NCBI GenBank assembly: GCA_964016885.1
Contig: OZ024740.1
Location: 17,112,001-17,176,000 of the forward strand
Origin: Eledone cirrhosa
Taxonomy: Eukaryota
Reading direction: 5' to 3'
DNA: 64,000 bases
This document shows, in pieces, positions 27,345-40,849 of the stretch. The translations under genes were made by a program, and so were the position numbers. The notes beneath the pieces were generated by a model. It worked only from the letters and a program-made list of their open reading frames with translations, was not told where the DNA came from and ran no database searches. Each line of letters starts with the position of its first letter. The stretch's first letter is position 1.

Positions 27345-27580
27345 CTTGTCGCACTTATTCTTGGGAGGGTGATGGGGGAAGTCCTCAAGCACTCCTTCCA
27401 GCGGGTTCTGTCAGAAACAACTATCTCTAACTGATCTGGCTGGGTCAGAGTTAGTGAGACCAGCCAAGCTCATGGATGTTATCCAACTATCTTGCTTGGG
27501 GTCTGCCCCTGGATCTCCTGCCCCTTGGTTTTGCTCGTAAAATCTATCCAGTGATTCTTTCCTGAGTCATTTTAACAACA
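27345..27580 (-). pseudogene. Old RTE-like C-terminal fragment
   Basis: Minus strand reads GRPQAR*LDNIHELGWS, like the GRP-x-x-RW motif. Confidence 0.45.
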
Positions 27581-28343
27581 AAGTTCAAATCTCACTGAGG
27601 TCAACTTTACCTGCCATATTTCTGTAGTAGAAATTATTAAAATACTTGTCAAATACTGGAGTCAATTTCATCAACTTTCCCCTCTTCTAAATTGCTGGCC
27701 TTGAACGTAAATTAGAACCCAATGTTGTTATAATTGTATGCCATATACACTCTATAATGTAGCTGGTGTTAGGAAGGACCAAACAAGAGGTTAGGAGGTC
27801 CCTTCAGTTTGTGACAAATGACATGACAACTTTTCCCCTGCGCTAATGACCGCACATAAGTAGGATACAGACCGCCTCGGCCTGTCTGGGACGTCAGTAG
27901 CCCCACTTCAGTACTGACTTGGTTTATGTAGACCTGTCCAACCCTTGTTAGTGGGGGGGGGGGGGCATTTGATGATGAGACTGAATTTGATAATCATTTG
28001 TTCACTCCTTTATTTGAGATGTTACAACAATTGTTAGTTGATTGTCCCTTCTTTTTCTTTTTTCACTTTCTTCCATGATTTAAATCCAGCTATCCAAATA
28101 TATGTGTATGTAAGGTGTTCTGGCCATGACTATCTTGTCTTCTTTGCAGGCATTACATATCTAGAATTAGTTAGGGTGTAATATATGAAGTTTTGCTACA
28201 GTTAATAGTAGGTTGTGTTTACAGTATTGGCTATACTTGATCTTCTGTGAGTGATACCAGTGATTCACTGGTTTCCTATCAGGGAAGACATATTGATCCT
28301 TGATCAGCCTAGCTCTGTACACAAGCTTTCTCCACAACCTAGG

Positions 28344-28528
28344 CTAGCGTTTCTCGACTGGTCTTCCTCAGAACCATAGTGGTTGCTTGGGATTCTGCAA
28401 GAGACTGATAAATAAGTTGACACATTTAGATATTAATAATGGTATATAATAATTTTTATGCAGGGGTTCCCTGAGACATGAAAACTATTTCAAGGATTCC
28501 ACAATGGTAAAAAGGTTGAGAAATGTTG
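28344..28528. mobile_element. Probable decayed hAT/Charlie-type MITE
   Basis: Imperfect termini tagcgtttctcgact ... aggttgagaaatgttg; no clear TSD. Confidence 0.4.
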
Positions 28529-29652
28529 TCCTTGACATATTATACCAGACATGTACTGACTTCATAAACAGACACATTCACAAATATCCTCCTAGGTATA
28601 CATATCCACTTAGTCATTTTCAGCAGCACCAATATACAATCACTACATATCAAGGCAGTAAAATTAACAAGGTCATTATAATACTTGGTTCTGGCTTTTT
28701 GCACTCAGTTGTAATCCTGCCAAGGTTGACTTAGCCTTTCATCTTTTTAGAGGTCACTAAATAAAGTACCAGTCTAGGATAGTGGAATGATGGAATTGTT
28801 AGATGATTGTATGAGATGTCTTCAAGTATTTCATTTACTGAGTCTTTGAGGGGCAGATACATAGTTTGGCCTTTGGCTGAGTTTGGTTGGATATTTCAAA
28901 GTAACTGTTGACCCTTTCTTTATGATACAGACACACAGACACACATATACACACACATACACACATGCACCACACACACCACACAGACACCACCCACAAA
29001 CACACAGACACACACACCACACACACACTCACAGAGACACACACCACTCACACTCAGAGACACACACACACACACACACACCACACACAGACTGAGAGAG
29101 AGAGTTTCAATGATTATAATTCATGAATTTGATCCATTGTATGTGTGGCTTATGAAATACATGTGCACCGTTAATGTAATCCCCAGGGAGAGTCAGTAGG
29201 ACACAATATGTCCAATCCATCCTTATTGGCTGTAATATTTTTGTTGGGGTCGGACTTGGCATCTCATGATTGTGAAGTAAAGGTTTTAACCACTCATCCA
29301 TACCTGCATCCACACACATACACACGATATACGATATACACACATACACCCACCCACACACATACACTCACCCACACCTACACCCACGCCCATCCACCCC
29401 ACACCTACAGCACCCCCACACATACACATGCACCCTCCCACATACCTACCCCCAAACGTACACATGCACTCCCCACCCACACACATACACAAACATCCCC
29501 TTCACCCCCACCCCACCACCATATCTGTACTATCTTCAACTGTAATACCACCATACTAACCAACCACCATAACATGATGTACAGCTGCTTTAATCTTGTC
29601 TTTCTTCTTCTTTATTGTCAGCTATAATTAAAATGGGACAAGACAAACAGCA

Positions 29653-29829
29653 AATATATACACACACACACACATATATATATACACACACGAACACGCA
29701 TATATATATATATACACACACACGAACACGCATATATATATATATATACAGACACACACGGACACCCATATATATATATATACACACACGAACACACATA
29801 TATATATATACACACACACACACAAAGAC

Positions 29830-29860
<31 letters not shown>

Positions 29861-29873
29861 GACACATATATAT

Positions 29874-29904
<31 letters not shown>

Positions 29905-30031
29905 CAAACACATATATATACACACACACACACAAACACACATATATATATATATACACACACAAACACACACATATATATATACACACACACAAACACA
30001 CATATATATATATATACACACACACAAACAC

Positions 30032-30062
<31 letters not shown>

Positions 30063-30172
30063 AACACACATATATATATATATATATACACACACACAAA
30101 CACACACATATATATATAGGCAAATACACACATACATATACATATATACATACACGTGTGTGTGTGTATATA
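29653..30172. repeat. (CA)n/(TA)n compound repeat
   Basis: Direct inspection. Confidence 0.9.
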
Positions 30173-30269
30173 TTGCTTAAAGTTCAGTGAGTCAACACTA
30201 GAATTGTAGTACTAAATGGTTGTTGAGTCAGTTTGAAAATATGTTTTTTTTTAACCAGATCAGGGCAAC

Positions 30270-30619
30270 AGAGAGATAGATATATAGAGGGAGGGGGAGA
30301 GAGAGAACAGACTGATAGAGACACTGATAGACAGAGAGAGAGAATAGACTGATAGAGACACTGATAGATAGAAAGAGAGAACAGACTGACAGAGACACTG
30401 ATAGATAGAAAGAAAGAACAGACTGACAGAGACACTGATAGATAGAGAGAGAGAATAGACTGATAGAGACACTGATAGATAGAGAGAGAGAACAGACTGA
30501 CAGAGACACTGATAGATAGAAAGAAAGAACAGACTGACAGAGACACTGATAGATAGAGAGAGAATAGACTGATAGAGACACTGATAGATAGAGAGAGAGA
30601 ACAGACTGACAGAGACACT

Positions 30620-30650
<31 letters not shown>

Positions 30651-31519
30651 AACAGACTGACAGAGACACTGATAGATAGAGAGAGAGAACAGACTGACAG
30701 AGACACTGATAGATAGAGAGAGAGAACAGACTGATAGAGACACTGATAGATAGAGAGAGAGAACAGACTGACAGAGACACTGATAGATAGATAGAGAGAG
30801 AGGGAGAGAACAGACTGACAGAGACACTGATAGATAGAGAGAGAGAGAACAGACTGACGGAGACACTGATAGAGAGAGAGAAAGAGAACAGACTGACAGA
30901 GACACTGATAGATAGAGAGAACAGACTGACAGAGACACTGATAGAGAGAGAAAGAGAACAGATTGACAGAGACACTGATAGATAGATAGAGAGAGAGAGA
31001 ACAGACTGACAGAGACACTGATAGAGAGAGACCAGACTGACAGAGACACAGATAGATAGAGAGAGAGAGAACAGACTGACAGAGACACTGATAGATAGAT
31101 AGAGAGAGAGAACAGTCTGACAGAGACACTGATAGATAGATAGAGAGAGAGGGAGAGAACAGACTGACAGAGACACTGATAGATAGAGAGAGAGAGAACA
31201 GACTGACGGAGACACTGATAGAGAGAGAGAAAGAGAACAGACTGACAGAGACACTGATAGATAGAGAGAACAGACTGACAGAGACACTGATAGAGAGAGA
31301 AAGAGAACAGATTGACAGAGACACTGATAGATAGATAGAGAGAGAGAGAACAGACTGACAGAGACACTGATAGAGAGAGACCAGACTGACAGAGACACAG
31401 ATAGATAGAGAGAGAGAGAACAGACTGACAGAGACACTGATAGATAGATAGAGAGAGAGAGAAAGAGAACAGACTGACAGAGACACTGATAGAGAGAGAG
31501 AACAGACGGACACAGACAC

Positions 31520-31556
<37 letters not shown>

Positions 31557-31778
31557 ACACTGACAGAGACACTGATAGATAGATAGAGAGAGAGAGAACC
31601 GACTGACACAGACACTAATAGAGAGAGAGACAACAGACTGACAAGAGACACTGATAGAGAGAGAGAGAGAGAACAGACTGACAGAGACACTGATAGAGAG
31701 AGAGAGAGAGAAAGAGAAGAGACTGATAGATAGATATAGAGAGAGAGAACAGACTGACAGAGACACTGATATATAGAG

Positions 31779-31813
<35 letters not shown>

Positions 31814-33635
31814 AGACTGACAGAGACACTGATAGAGAGAGAGAGAGATAGAGAGAGAACAGACTGACACAGATAGAGAGAGAGAGAGAACAGACTGACA
31901 GAGACACTGATAGATAGAGAGAACAGACTGACAGAGACACTGATAGATAGAGAGAACAGACTGACAGAGACACTGATAGATAGAGATAGAGAGAGAGAGA
32001 GAACAAATTGACAGACACTGATAGATAGAGAGAGAGAGAACAGACTGACAGAGACACTGATAGAGAGAGAGATAGAGAGAGAACAGACTGACACAGATAG
32101 AGAGAGAGAGAGAACAGACTGACAGAGACACTGATAGAGAGAGAGAGAGAGAGAACAGACTGACAGAGACACTGATAGAGAGAGAGAGAGAAAGAGAAGA
32201 GACTGATAGAGACACTGATAGATAGATAGATAGATAGAGAGAGAGAACAGACTGACAGAGACACTGATATATAGAGAGCGAGAGAGAGAGAACAGACTGA
32301 CAGAGACACTGATAGAGAGAGAGAACAGACTGACAGAGACACTGATAGAGAGAGAGAACAGACTGACAGAGACACTGATAGAGAGAGAGATAGAGAGAGA
32401 ACAGACTGACAGAGACACTGATAGAGAGAGAGAGAGAGAACAGACTGACAGAGACACTGATAGAGAGAGAGAGAGAGAACAGACTGACAGAGACACTGAT
32501 AGAGAGAGAGAGAGAGAAAGAGAAGAGACTGATAGAGACACTGATAGATAGATAGATAGATAGAGAGAGCAGACTGACAGAGACACTGATATATAGAGAG
32601 CAAGAGAGAGAGAGATCAGACTGACAGAGACACTGATAGAGAGAGAGAGAGAGAACAGACTGACAGAGACACTGATAGATAGAGAGAACAGACTGACAGA
32701 GACACTGATAGATAGAGATAGAGAGAGAGAGAACAAATTGCCAGACACTGATAGATAGAGAGAGAGAGAACAGACTGACAGAGACACTGATAGAGAGAGA
32801 GATAGAGAGAGAACAGACTGACATAGATAGAGAGAGAACAGACTGACAGAGACACTGATAGATAGAGAGAGAGAGAACAGACTGACAGAGACACTGATAG
32901 ATAGAGAGAGAGAACAGACTGACAGACACAGATAGATAGATAGAGAGAGAGAGAACAGACTGACAGAGACACTGATAGAGAGAGAGAGAGAACAGACTGA
33001 CAGAGACACTGATAGAGAGAGAGAGAGAACAGACTGACAGACACTGATAGAGAGAGAGAGAGAGAACAGACTGACAGAGACACTGATAGATAGATAGAGA
33101 GAGAACAGACTGACAGAGACACTGATAGAGAGAGAGAGAGAACAGACTGACAGAGACACTGATAGAGAGAGAGAGAGAACAGACTGACAGAGACACTGAG
33201 AGAGAGAGAACAGACTGGCAGAGACACTGATAGATAGAGAGAGAGAACAGACTGAGAGAGACACTGATAGAGAGAGAACAGACTGACAGAGACACTGATA
33301 GATAGTCTGTTCTCTCTCTCTCTCTATCTATCTATCTATCAGTGTCTCTGTCAGTCTGTTCTCTCTCTCTCTATCTATCTGACAGAGACACTGATAGAGA
33401 GAGAAAGAGAACAGACTGACAGAGACACTGATAGATAGAGAGGGAGAGAACAGACTGATAGATAGAGAGAGAGAGAGAACAGACTGACAGAGACACTGAT
33501 AGAGAGAGAAAGAGAACAGACTGACAGAGACACTGATAGATAGAGAGGGAGAGAACAGACTGATAGATAGATAGAGAGAGAACAGACTGACAGAGACACT
33601 GATAGATAGAGAGAGAGAGAACAGACTGATAGATA
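30270..33635. repeat. Purine-rich minisatellite (GA)nACAGACTGACAGAGACACTGATA(GATA)n, with a short inverted block at ~33305-33380
   Basis: Constant core with variable GA/GATA runs. Confidence 0.95.
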
Positions 33636-33897
33636 TGTTTCTTTTATTTGCCACCAGGGCATCAAAAGTGGGACAAGTACAATGGGGGGAGTTTACACAA
33701 AAAGGCGTCCTCTATAAGGAGGAGGCAATAACAATATATAAAAATAAAATAAAATATAACAAAAAATAAAATTTATAACAAAATCCTCAATAGAGGATTT
33801 TGTTATAAATTTCGCACACACCCCCGAAAAAAGTGTGCAACCCTTTTCCTCAGGAGCACAGAGAGGGGGTGCTCCCTCGTTCCTTTCTCTTTTCCAC

Positions 33898-36800
33898 CTA
33901 CAGGCTTACGTAAAGAGAAGGCCCATTCACACGGGCCATTCTCGTCACTTTCACCCACCTTTCATAAAAACGACTGGGGTGGAGCACCTCTCTCTCCATC
34001 CTGATCCTTCTTCCGAAATGATATCGGAAGAAACGGACCAGTTGTTGGCCAGAGAGAAAGGTGCCTGACCTCAGTCCTTTCAGACGCGTCCACCATACAA
34101 CTTCTTTCACCATGGCTATTACGCACAGAAACACCGCCTCTCCTTCATCTTTGAAGGGGGGAGGCGGCTTGATCATTACAATAGACTCGGTGGTCAACCA
34201 GATCGGTCCCACCCTTGACAGCAGTTGTTCGACATAGCCCCACAGATGGGCTACGCCCGAGCAGTGTACCAATGCGTGTGCAACGGTTTCCTCGTCGCAC
34301 ACGCATCTGGGACAGATCTTTTTGGCGGGGTCCCTACCCGGGCGCCCGTGTCTGTAGAGCTTTTCTCGAACGGGTAGAGCCCCTCGGTAGCACTGCCAGG
34401 CCAGGGACTTCTGGAAGTTGTCCATAGGTCCCGGGCTGAATGTCCTACCGAACAGGCTGGCCAGTTCGTCCTCCTCCATGTCTAGGGCTTCTCCGAGGGC
34501 GTCGTCGCACCTGCTGCGTATCAACCCTCTATAGAATGTTGCGGTGGAGTCTCCACTGATAACCGGATCCGCCTGCCAGAGGGCGGTGAGCGCCTGGGCA
34601 CACTCAGTGTGCCAGGCGCCCAGTTTTCTCGGTCTTTGCTTGACCCAGGATTGCAGCTCGGTGAGTGAGACGAGTCTGGGAAAGGTTCGTCTCACAAACG
34701 AGGCCCACACCGGTTGACAGGTGAGGAATACGTAGAGGTGCCGTAGCCTTAATGCGTGTTTACGCATCATTAGCCACGGCATCCCCAGCCCTCCTTTCGA
34801 AGGGTGTTGACAGCAGATGGATCTCCTCACCATAGGAGCCCGCCTCTTCCAAAGGAATTGGAAGAGCGCGCGCTCCATCTTGGCGAGGGTTTCCCTTGGA
34901 CAGGGCACTACGGTCAGGCGGTAGTAGATGACGGACGCTATATAGGTGTTCGCCACCTCCGCCCGACCTTTCAGGGATAGTTTGCAACTGGCCCACTTCT
35001 GGGTCAGTGCAAACACCCTGTTCGTAACCTCCGCCCAGTTTTTCTACACCTGGAGGTCCGGTCCGAACCAGACCCCGAGCAACTTCACCGGGCCCTCCGT
35101 CCAGCGTCCGACGACGCCATCGGAGGGCATCGGTCTGCCCCTCCACGTGCCGAGTTGCAAACCGATCGACTTGTCCCGGTTCAGCTTAGCCCCTGTGAAC
35201 CTTTCGTACTCCTCCAGTAAGGTGCCGACCGCCTCGATTTCGGAGGCCGTCGACACCATTACTGTCACGTCATCGGCGTGGGCCGACACCGCTTTCCGCA
35301 ATCCCGGTTCCAAAGGGATGCCCTGCAACAACTCCAACTTCCGCAGTAGTGGCTCGAGAGTCAACACATACAGAAGGGAGGAGAGAGGGCACCCTTGTCG
35401 GATGGACCGCGCGATTTTGAATGGCTCCGAGAGGTAGCCGTTCACCTTGACCCTAGAGCAGATGCGGCTGCTGTGCATAGCAGTGATCCAGCCCCTGAAA
35501 ACGGGTCCGAAGCCTTCCGCCGCTAGCACCGCATCCAGGTAACCATGATCGACCCTATCGAACGCCTTAGATTGATCCAAGTTGATCAGAGCCCCACCAA
35601 AGCCGGGTTCGTTCCCAACCCTCTCTATGATGTATCGCATGAGGTGGAGGTTGTCATGGATGGACCAGGTTGCCCATGACAAGCGCCAACCTCTTTGCTA
35701 GCACCTTGGCCAAAATCTGTAAATCTGTATTTAGCAGAGTTATGGGCCTGAAGTTACTTATTTCGTCCCCCTTGTTCTCGTCCTTCCTCACTAGCGTGAC
35801 TACGCCCTTGGTCACAGTACAGGGAATTCTCCCGTTCTGTTGCCAGCTGCAGTAGACCGCCTCGAGGAGATCGGAGAACAAGTCCGGCATAGCTAGATAT
35901 AATTCGTAAGGAAGACCATCGAGACCCGGGGATTTGCGTTTGCCGCATTGGCTCAGCGGCCGAAATCGGCTCCTCGCAGGACATCGTCTCCCTGTCCGAG
36001 AGACACGGCAGGCTGTCGAGGTATGGACCGAAGTCCACATTCCCAACCGGCTCCCCGCCCTCCCGAACAGTCGGGCAAAGTGCCTTTGAAAGGCCTCACA
36101 CATCTGCTTAGGCTCAAGAATCGCCCATCCATCCAGGTCTCGTAAAGACCGGATGGTGGATTTAGTTCCACTGTTGGCCTCTGTCACGCGGGCCCAGCTA
36201 ACAGCTTTGGTCCCCTCGTTCCCTAGAGCACGTATTTTACTTCGGACAACGCAGCCTTCGTGCTTCGCGTCGAAAAACTGGCTCAAAGCCGTTCTCGATG
36301 CTAGCACTCTGGCCACGTCGCCGCTTCTAATTGCTTCTTCTACTCTATCTATTAGCTCCCTTTCCTTCCTATTCCTATCCGCAGCTAGAACCTTACTAAA
36401 TTCTATCGAGACTACTCTAATCTCTCTCTTGACGATCGCTCCAGTCAACCGTTCCTTAACTAACGTACTAATCCGATCCCTGTAAGCTCTACTTGCCGGC
36501 AAGGACAAGTTGAGCTTCCAGTAACCGGGGCCCTGTCTATGCGTTCTATCAAGGTTGACCATGCAGGTCACCAACTTGTGGTCTGAATAGCCAACCATGA
36601 GCATTTCTGGACAACTTAAAAAGTCCCTGTCCTTATTTCTAACTAAAAATCTATCTCGGTACGACCTAGATGATCCGCTGCGATTTGACCAAGACCAGGT
36701 TGGCACCGTCGGAAAATCTAGTCGAAATCTATCGGCCAGGTCAAATCGGCCGAGTAACCCCTTGAGGCTGTTGCACCCCTCTCTATCGGGACATGCCCCT

Positions 36801-37200
36801 GCATAGTCCCAACGTGCATCCAGGATACCATTCCAGTCCCCCACTAAAAGCAGGGAATGGGACGTCCCTAGAAAAGACTCCAGACGCTGGAAAAAGTCGG
36901 GCCGCTCTGTCCCAAAAGGGGCATATGCGGCTACCAGCCTAAAGGCTCTACCTTCACCACTGCCAAGGTCCAGCACCACCAGTCGACCCCCTGGGTCCAA
37001 GTGAACTATCTGTGTTGCAAGGTCCAGATGTTTTTGCAGCAGAACGACAACCCCACCCCCACCTCCGGGCTGACAGAGAGATGCGTGCATCTCAAAGTCG
37101 TCAAAGGTGGGGGCTAGCTGCCGCATGCTGCTGATCCGGGCCTCGCAGATAACCATCACATTTATAGATTGTGACCTGAGGTCATTTAGAAGCACGTCCT
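33898..37200 (-). pseudogene. Tx1 ORF2 (APE endonuclease + RT + CCHC finger), split by frameshifts/stop
   Basis: AYAP, VGDWN, SDH, YWKLN, KSPGLDGLP, NFRPITLLNTD, LDQSKAFDRVDH, IRQGCPLS, AHADD, GGLGMP and CPRC..ETVAHALVHC motifs. Confidence 0.9.
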
Positions 37201-37392
37201 CCGTGAAATTTATTTTCAGTGTTTTGTAAAAGTTCATTGGGACTTTAATCATTTTTAAATGAGGTAGTCCCACAGCAGTTATAAAGTTAGGCCCTTCAGT
37301 TTGGACCGAAGGGTTTGCTGAAATTGTTTTCAGTAGTTCTTTGTTGTCTGTGTTCATGTATGTATACTGTAAGGTCTTTTTTTGTGTAGCAG

Positions 37393-38817
37393 TTAGTGTT
37401 GTGTGACGGGGAGGGGTGGTTTGTGTGTAGTTTGTGTTCTCTTGGGGAGGGTTAAAGTTAACGTGTCTGTGGTGCGTCTCCTCTTCTTTCTTTTTACTTG
37501 TTGGAAGGGATCTTTTTCGTCTTGCGACGAAAGGGGTTCGTCTTCCTTGTTGGGTGGGAGGGGTATGTTTTCTGGTAGTGTTTGCGGTGTGTGTGTTTTT
37601 GTATTTGTTTTGGGTGGGGAGGGATTGGGTGGGACAGTATTCTGTGTTGTTTTTTCACGTGTTTGTTGTTGTTGTGGTGGTGGTGGTGGTAGTGGTGGTG
37701 TTGTTGGTTTTTGTTGTTGTTGTTGTGGTTGTTTTTGTTGTTGTTGTTGTGTTGGTGTTGGTAGCAGTGTTTTTTTCTGTGTGAGCTGGGAACAGGCAGC
37801 CCTCAGGTGACCTCTATTGCCACAGAGGTAACAGGAGGGACGCCTACCCTCCACAATAATGTTGAGGTGGGTACGGTCATCCAGCATGACGTGCTCAGGG
37901 ATTTGGGCGATACGTTCTGGCCTTATTTGGGTCAGAACTTCGATGCTCGTTCCACTGAACGCGTCGCCGGATGCCTTCCCTATTGAAATGAGGTTGTCCT
38001 CGTCTAAATTGAGGAAACCGGTTAGTAACCACCAGTAGTTTATGTTTGGGGTGATGGTGGTTATCCATATTCTCTGGGTTTTTTTACCCATGTAGGTGGG
38101 GAAGAAGGTGTAGTGTGTGGACCGAATTGGCGACACAGAGTATTTTTCGCCGCCAATTCGTCTTTCATCAATATGGATAAACTCCCATAGAGTTTATCCT
38201 TTTGTATGAAAGTGATGTCTTTCATCGCTTCTTTCAGTACTAACTGAATTTCAGCTTGAGATGGTTGTGCTGGTTTTTTTTGTTTTATTTAAAATTGTAC
38301 GGAATACGACAGTTCGTAATTCCGTCTGTTTCTTTAGTTCTGGAGGTGAATTTATAGAAAACGAACCGTTTTCGCCAAAAGATACATATTTCTTGGCTTT
38401 TTCCAGCATTTCTTTTGCTTTTGAAATATCTTCAAGCACATACGTGACTGATAATTTAGCCGTTTGTGCAAAAGATATTTTGTTTTCGTTGTTGGTGTTT
38501 GTATTGTTTTGTTTCTCGTCATTTGAGTTGTTTTCATCTTTGTTGTTGTTGTTGTTGTCTTTCTCGTTTGGTGTGTGGATACTTGTGACGTTTGTGTTGT
38601 TGTTGTTGTTGTCTTTATTGTTGCTGTTGTTGTTTTCAGTTTCTTGTATAGTTGTGGCTACATCTAGTGGTCGGTCAACAGGTGAAGACAATTCTTCCTC
38701 TGGCTGACCTCTGCCTTTGGCATCTGCTGCTGTGACAGTGGCAGGGGGAAGCTGTGAGTATGACTTCCCCTTTCCTTCTTTGATTGTTGGTGAAGATGCT
38801 TCAGCCATTTTTCTCAA
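37393..38817 (-). pseudogene. Tx1 ORF1 (gag-like, CX2CX4HX4C knuckle), frameshifted
   Basis: ORFs 38251..38817 (MAEASS..., SFAQ) and 37393..38136 (EGRRPSCYLCGNRGHLRAAC, Q/P/T-rich region, KRKKRRR). Confidence 0.8.
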
Positions 38818-39044
38818 AATAGGGTTTTTCGAAATTTTTCGAAAGATAAAATGTTTACAACACTATTTCGCCCAAAGGCGCAGAATATTTTGAGAGACCG
38901 ACCAGATCAAAATTTGACCTGGCAGTCCCTCTACAAAATGGTACAAAAATGAAAGTTTACAGTTCACAATTTCCGGATAAATTTAAACGAAACTTACCGA
39001 GCGAGCTCAGCACATGTGTCCATTAGGATACCAGATAGTCACAT

Positions 39045-39237
39045 TGAGAGGAGGTTAACATACAGGTCAACTTTAGACCAATGGTATCCCAAGAGGTACA
39101 TATATAGGTCAACTTTAGACCAGTGGTATCCCAAACATAACAGGTTAATATATAGGTCAACCTGAGACCAGTGGTACCCCAAACATCACTGAGAGGTTAA
39201 TATATAGGTCAACTTTAGACCAGTGGTACCCCAAATA
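39045..39237. repeat. Four degenerate ~50-60-bp tandem repeats (AGGTCAACTTTAGACCAGTGGTAYCCCAA)
   Basis: Copies at about 39064, 39106, 39154 and 39206. Confidence 0.8.
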
Positions 39238-39307
39238 TTTCACTAACCACACCTTGTTCATTTAAATTTCCTTTTAAATGGCTTGTTTCCTCAATAAAGT
39301 GTGAAGA

Positions 39308-39630
39308 TCCATGGCTTCGTGGTTAGAGTGTTGGGATTGCAATCATGAGGTATTGAGTTTGATTACTGGACAGTGATGTATTGTGTCCTTGAGCAATATA
39401 CTTTATTTTTCATGTTACTCTAGTTTACTCAGCTGTAGAGTTGACATCACTGGTGCCAAGCTGTATCAGCCATTGCCTTGGACAACATTGATGGTGTGGA
39501 GAGGCGGGGGGCTGCTATGGGTGTCAGCTGGTCTTCCACAAACACACCTTGCCCAGGCTTGTGTCTTGGAAGAGAACTTTCTAGGTGTAAATTCCATGGT
39601 TATTAGTGACCAATGTGGGTGTTTACCCTA
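39308..39630 (+). mobile_element. Older SINE family 2-related element with a different 3' half
   Basis: TGGCTTCGTGGTTAG A box, GAGTTTGATT B-box-like, GTGTCCTTGAGCAA core. Confidence 0.7.
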
Positions 39631-39739
39631 CTCAATAAGCTAGTAAAAACCTCACCCCCAGTGTTAGTTCTTTGGAAGTCCATTGGTCTCTACCTTGAAA
39701 CTTTTAACTAAAAATAAAACTACAATAAAACCAACCGTT

Positions 39740-40490
39740 ACTTGCTTGACCTGCTTGACCGTGTTGAGAGAAGAAGGATACAGTTGGTAATGTCTCATGT
39801 TTGTAGGACAGGGTGGTCATTATTAGGTTGTCTTTGATTGTAGGTGTGCTGGATCAGGGCTGATCTGGAGCTAAATAACATGGACAACAGCGACATCTGC
39901 AACAACATCAACAACAACTAACAAACACCAACAAATAGTTAAAAAGGGAGCAGTCACTTGATCTGCTAGAAACAGCAGCCATTTATCTCGCCAATCACAT
40001 CCCCTGTCTGATAGTAAAAAGTGGGTAGAACACATTGGATAATGTAGTTCTAGATATGCTGTTTGATAAAAAAAAAAAAACGATGTGATGGTCATGGTTG
40101 GAACACCTATAATTATAGTTCTGCAAGATCAGGGCTGGCTTGGTGTTATACCAGTTTTACCTCCATAATTATTACAAGGGCGGTGGATTGAGAGTATCGG
40201 TAGAGGGTCGGACGCCATGCCTTCTAGCACAGAGTTTCGCCCCTTTGTGGTCTGAGTTCAAATCCCGCCAAGGTTAACTTAGCCTTTCATCTTTACGAGG
40301 TTGATAAAATAAAGTACCAGTAATGCACTGGAATAATTGCTGGCCTTGTGCCAAAAGTAGAAACAATAATTATTACAAGTTAACTCGTAAAATCTGATTT
40401 CTTCCACTTGTGCTAAACGTGATGGTCATGGCTGGAACAGCTATGATCATATTTCTACTGGTTCTGGCCTGACCTTGTGTTAAACAACCT
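39740..40490 (+). repeat. Three degenerate copies of an unclassified dispersed repeat end (TGGTCATGGCTGGAA...GATCAGGGCTGAC...CTAAACAAC)
   Basis: Similar segments at ~39810-39880, ~40085-40150 and ~40418-40488. Confidence 0.5.
40178..40375 (+). mobile_element. SINE family 1, full length
   Basis: ggcggtggattg...gagttcaaatccc...agaaacaataattattacaag; attattacaag also precedes the element (possible TSD). Confidence 0.85.
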
Positions 40491-40849
40491 GTTCCAACCA
40501 CCACATCCACTTAACCCCCCCCCCCCCCCCCCCCTCATCCGCTCTATAATGCACCTAGTAACTTTACAAATAGTAAATAGTTTTTCTTTTTATCTCGCAA
40601 AAAAATAAATGTTTTAATTTGGAAAATCTAAAATAGTTGAAATATTTTCGTATCTAAAGTCATTGTATGACTGTGTATGTGTGTGATTGTATCTGTGTAT
40701 GTATGTATGTGTGTGATTGTGTGTGTGTGATTGTATGTATGTATGATTGTATGTGTGTATGTATGTATGATTGTACGTGTGTGTATGTGTGTATGATTGT
40801 ATGTGTGTGTGTGTGTGTGCATGACTGTGACTGTGAGTGGTTATGACTG

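Larger units (their letters stand above)
33636..39030 (-). mobile_element. Near full-length, disrupted L1/Tx1-type LINE (~5.4 kb)
   Basis: ORF1 with zinc knuckle; ORF2 with APE, RT and C-terminal CCHC; AATAAA at the 3' end. Confidence 0.92.

Noticed and set aside
30184-33295. Long Ser/Leu/Cys ORFs up to 1011 aa
   Set aside because: Stop-poor strand of the GA minisatellite, open in all three frames.
33898-38817. Active autonomous LINE
   Set aside because: Multiple frameshifts and stops, HADD in place of YADD, truncated endonuclease N-terminus.
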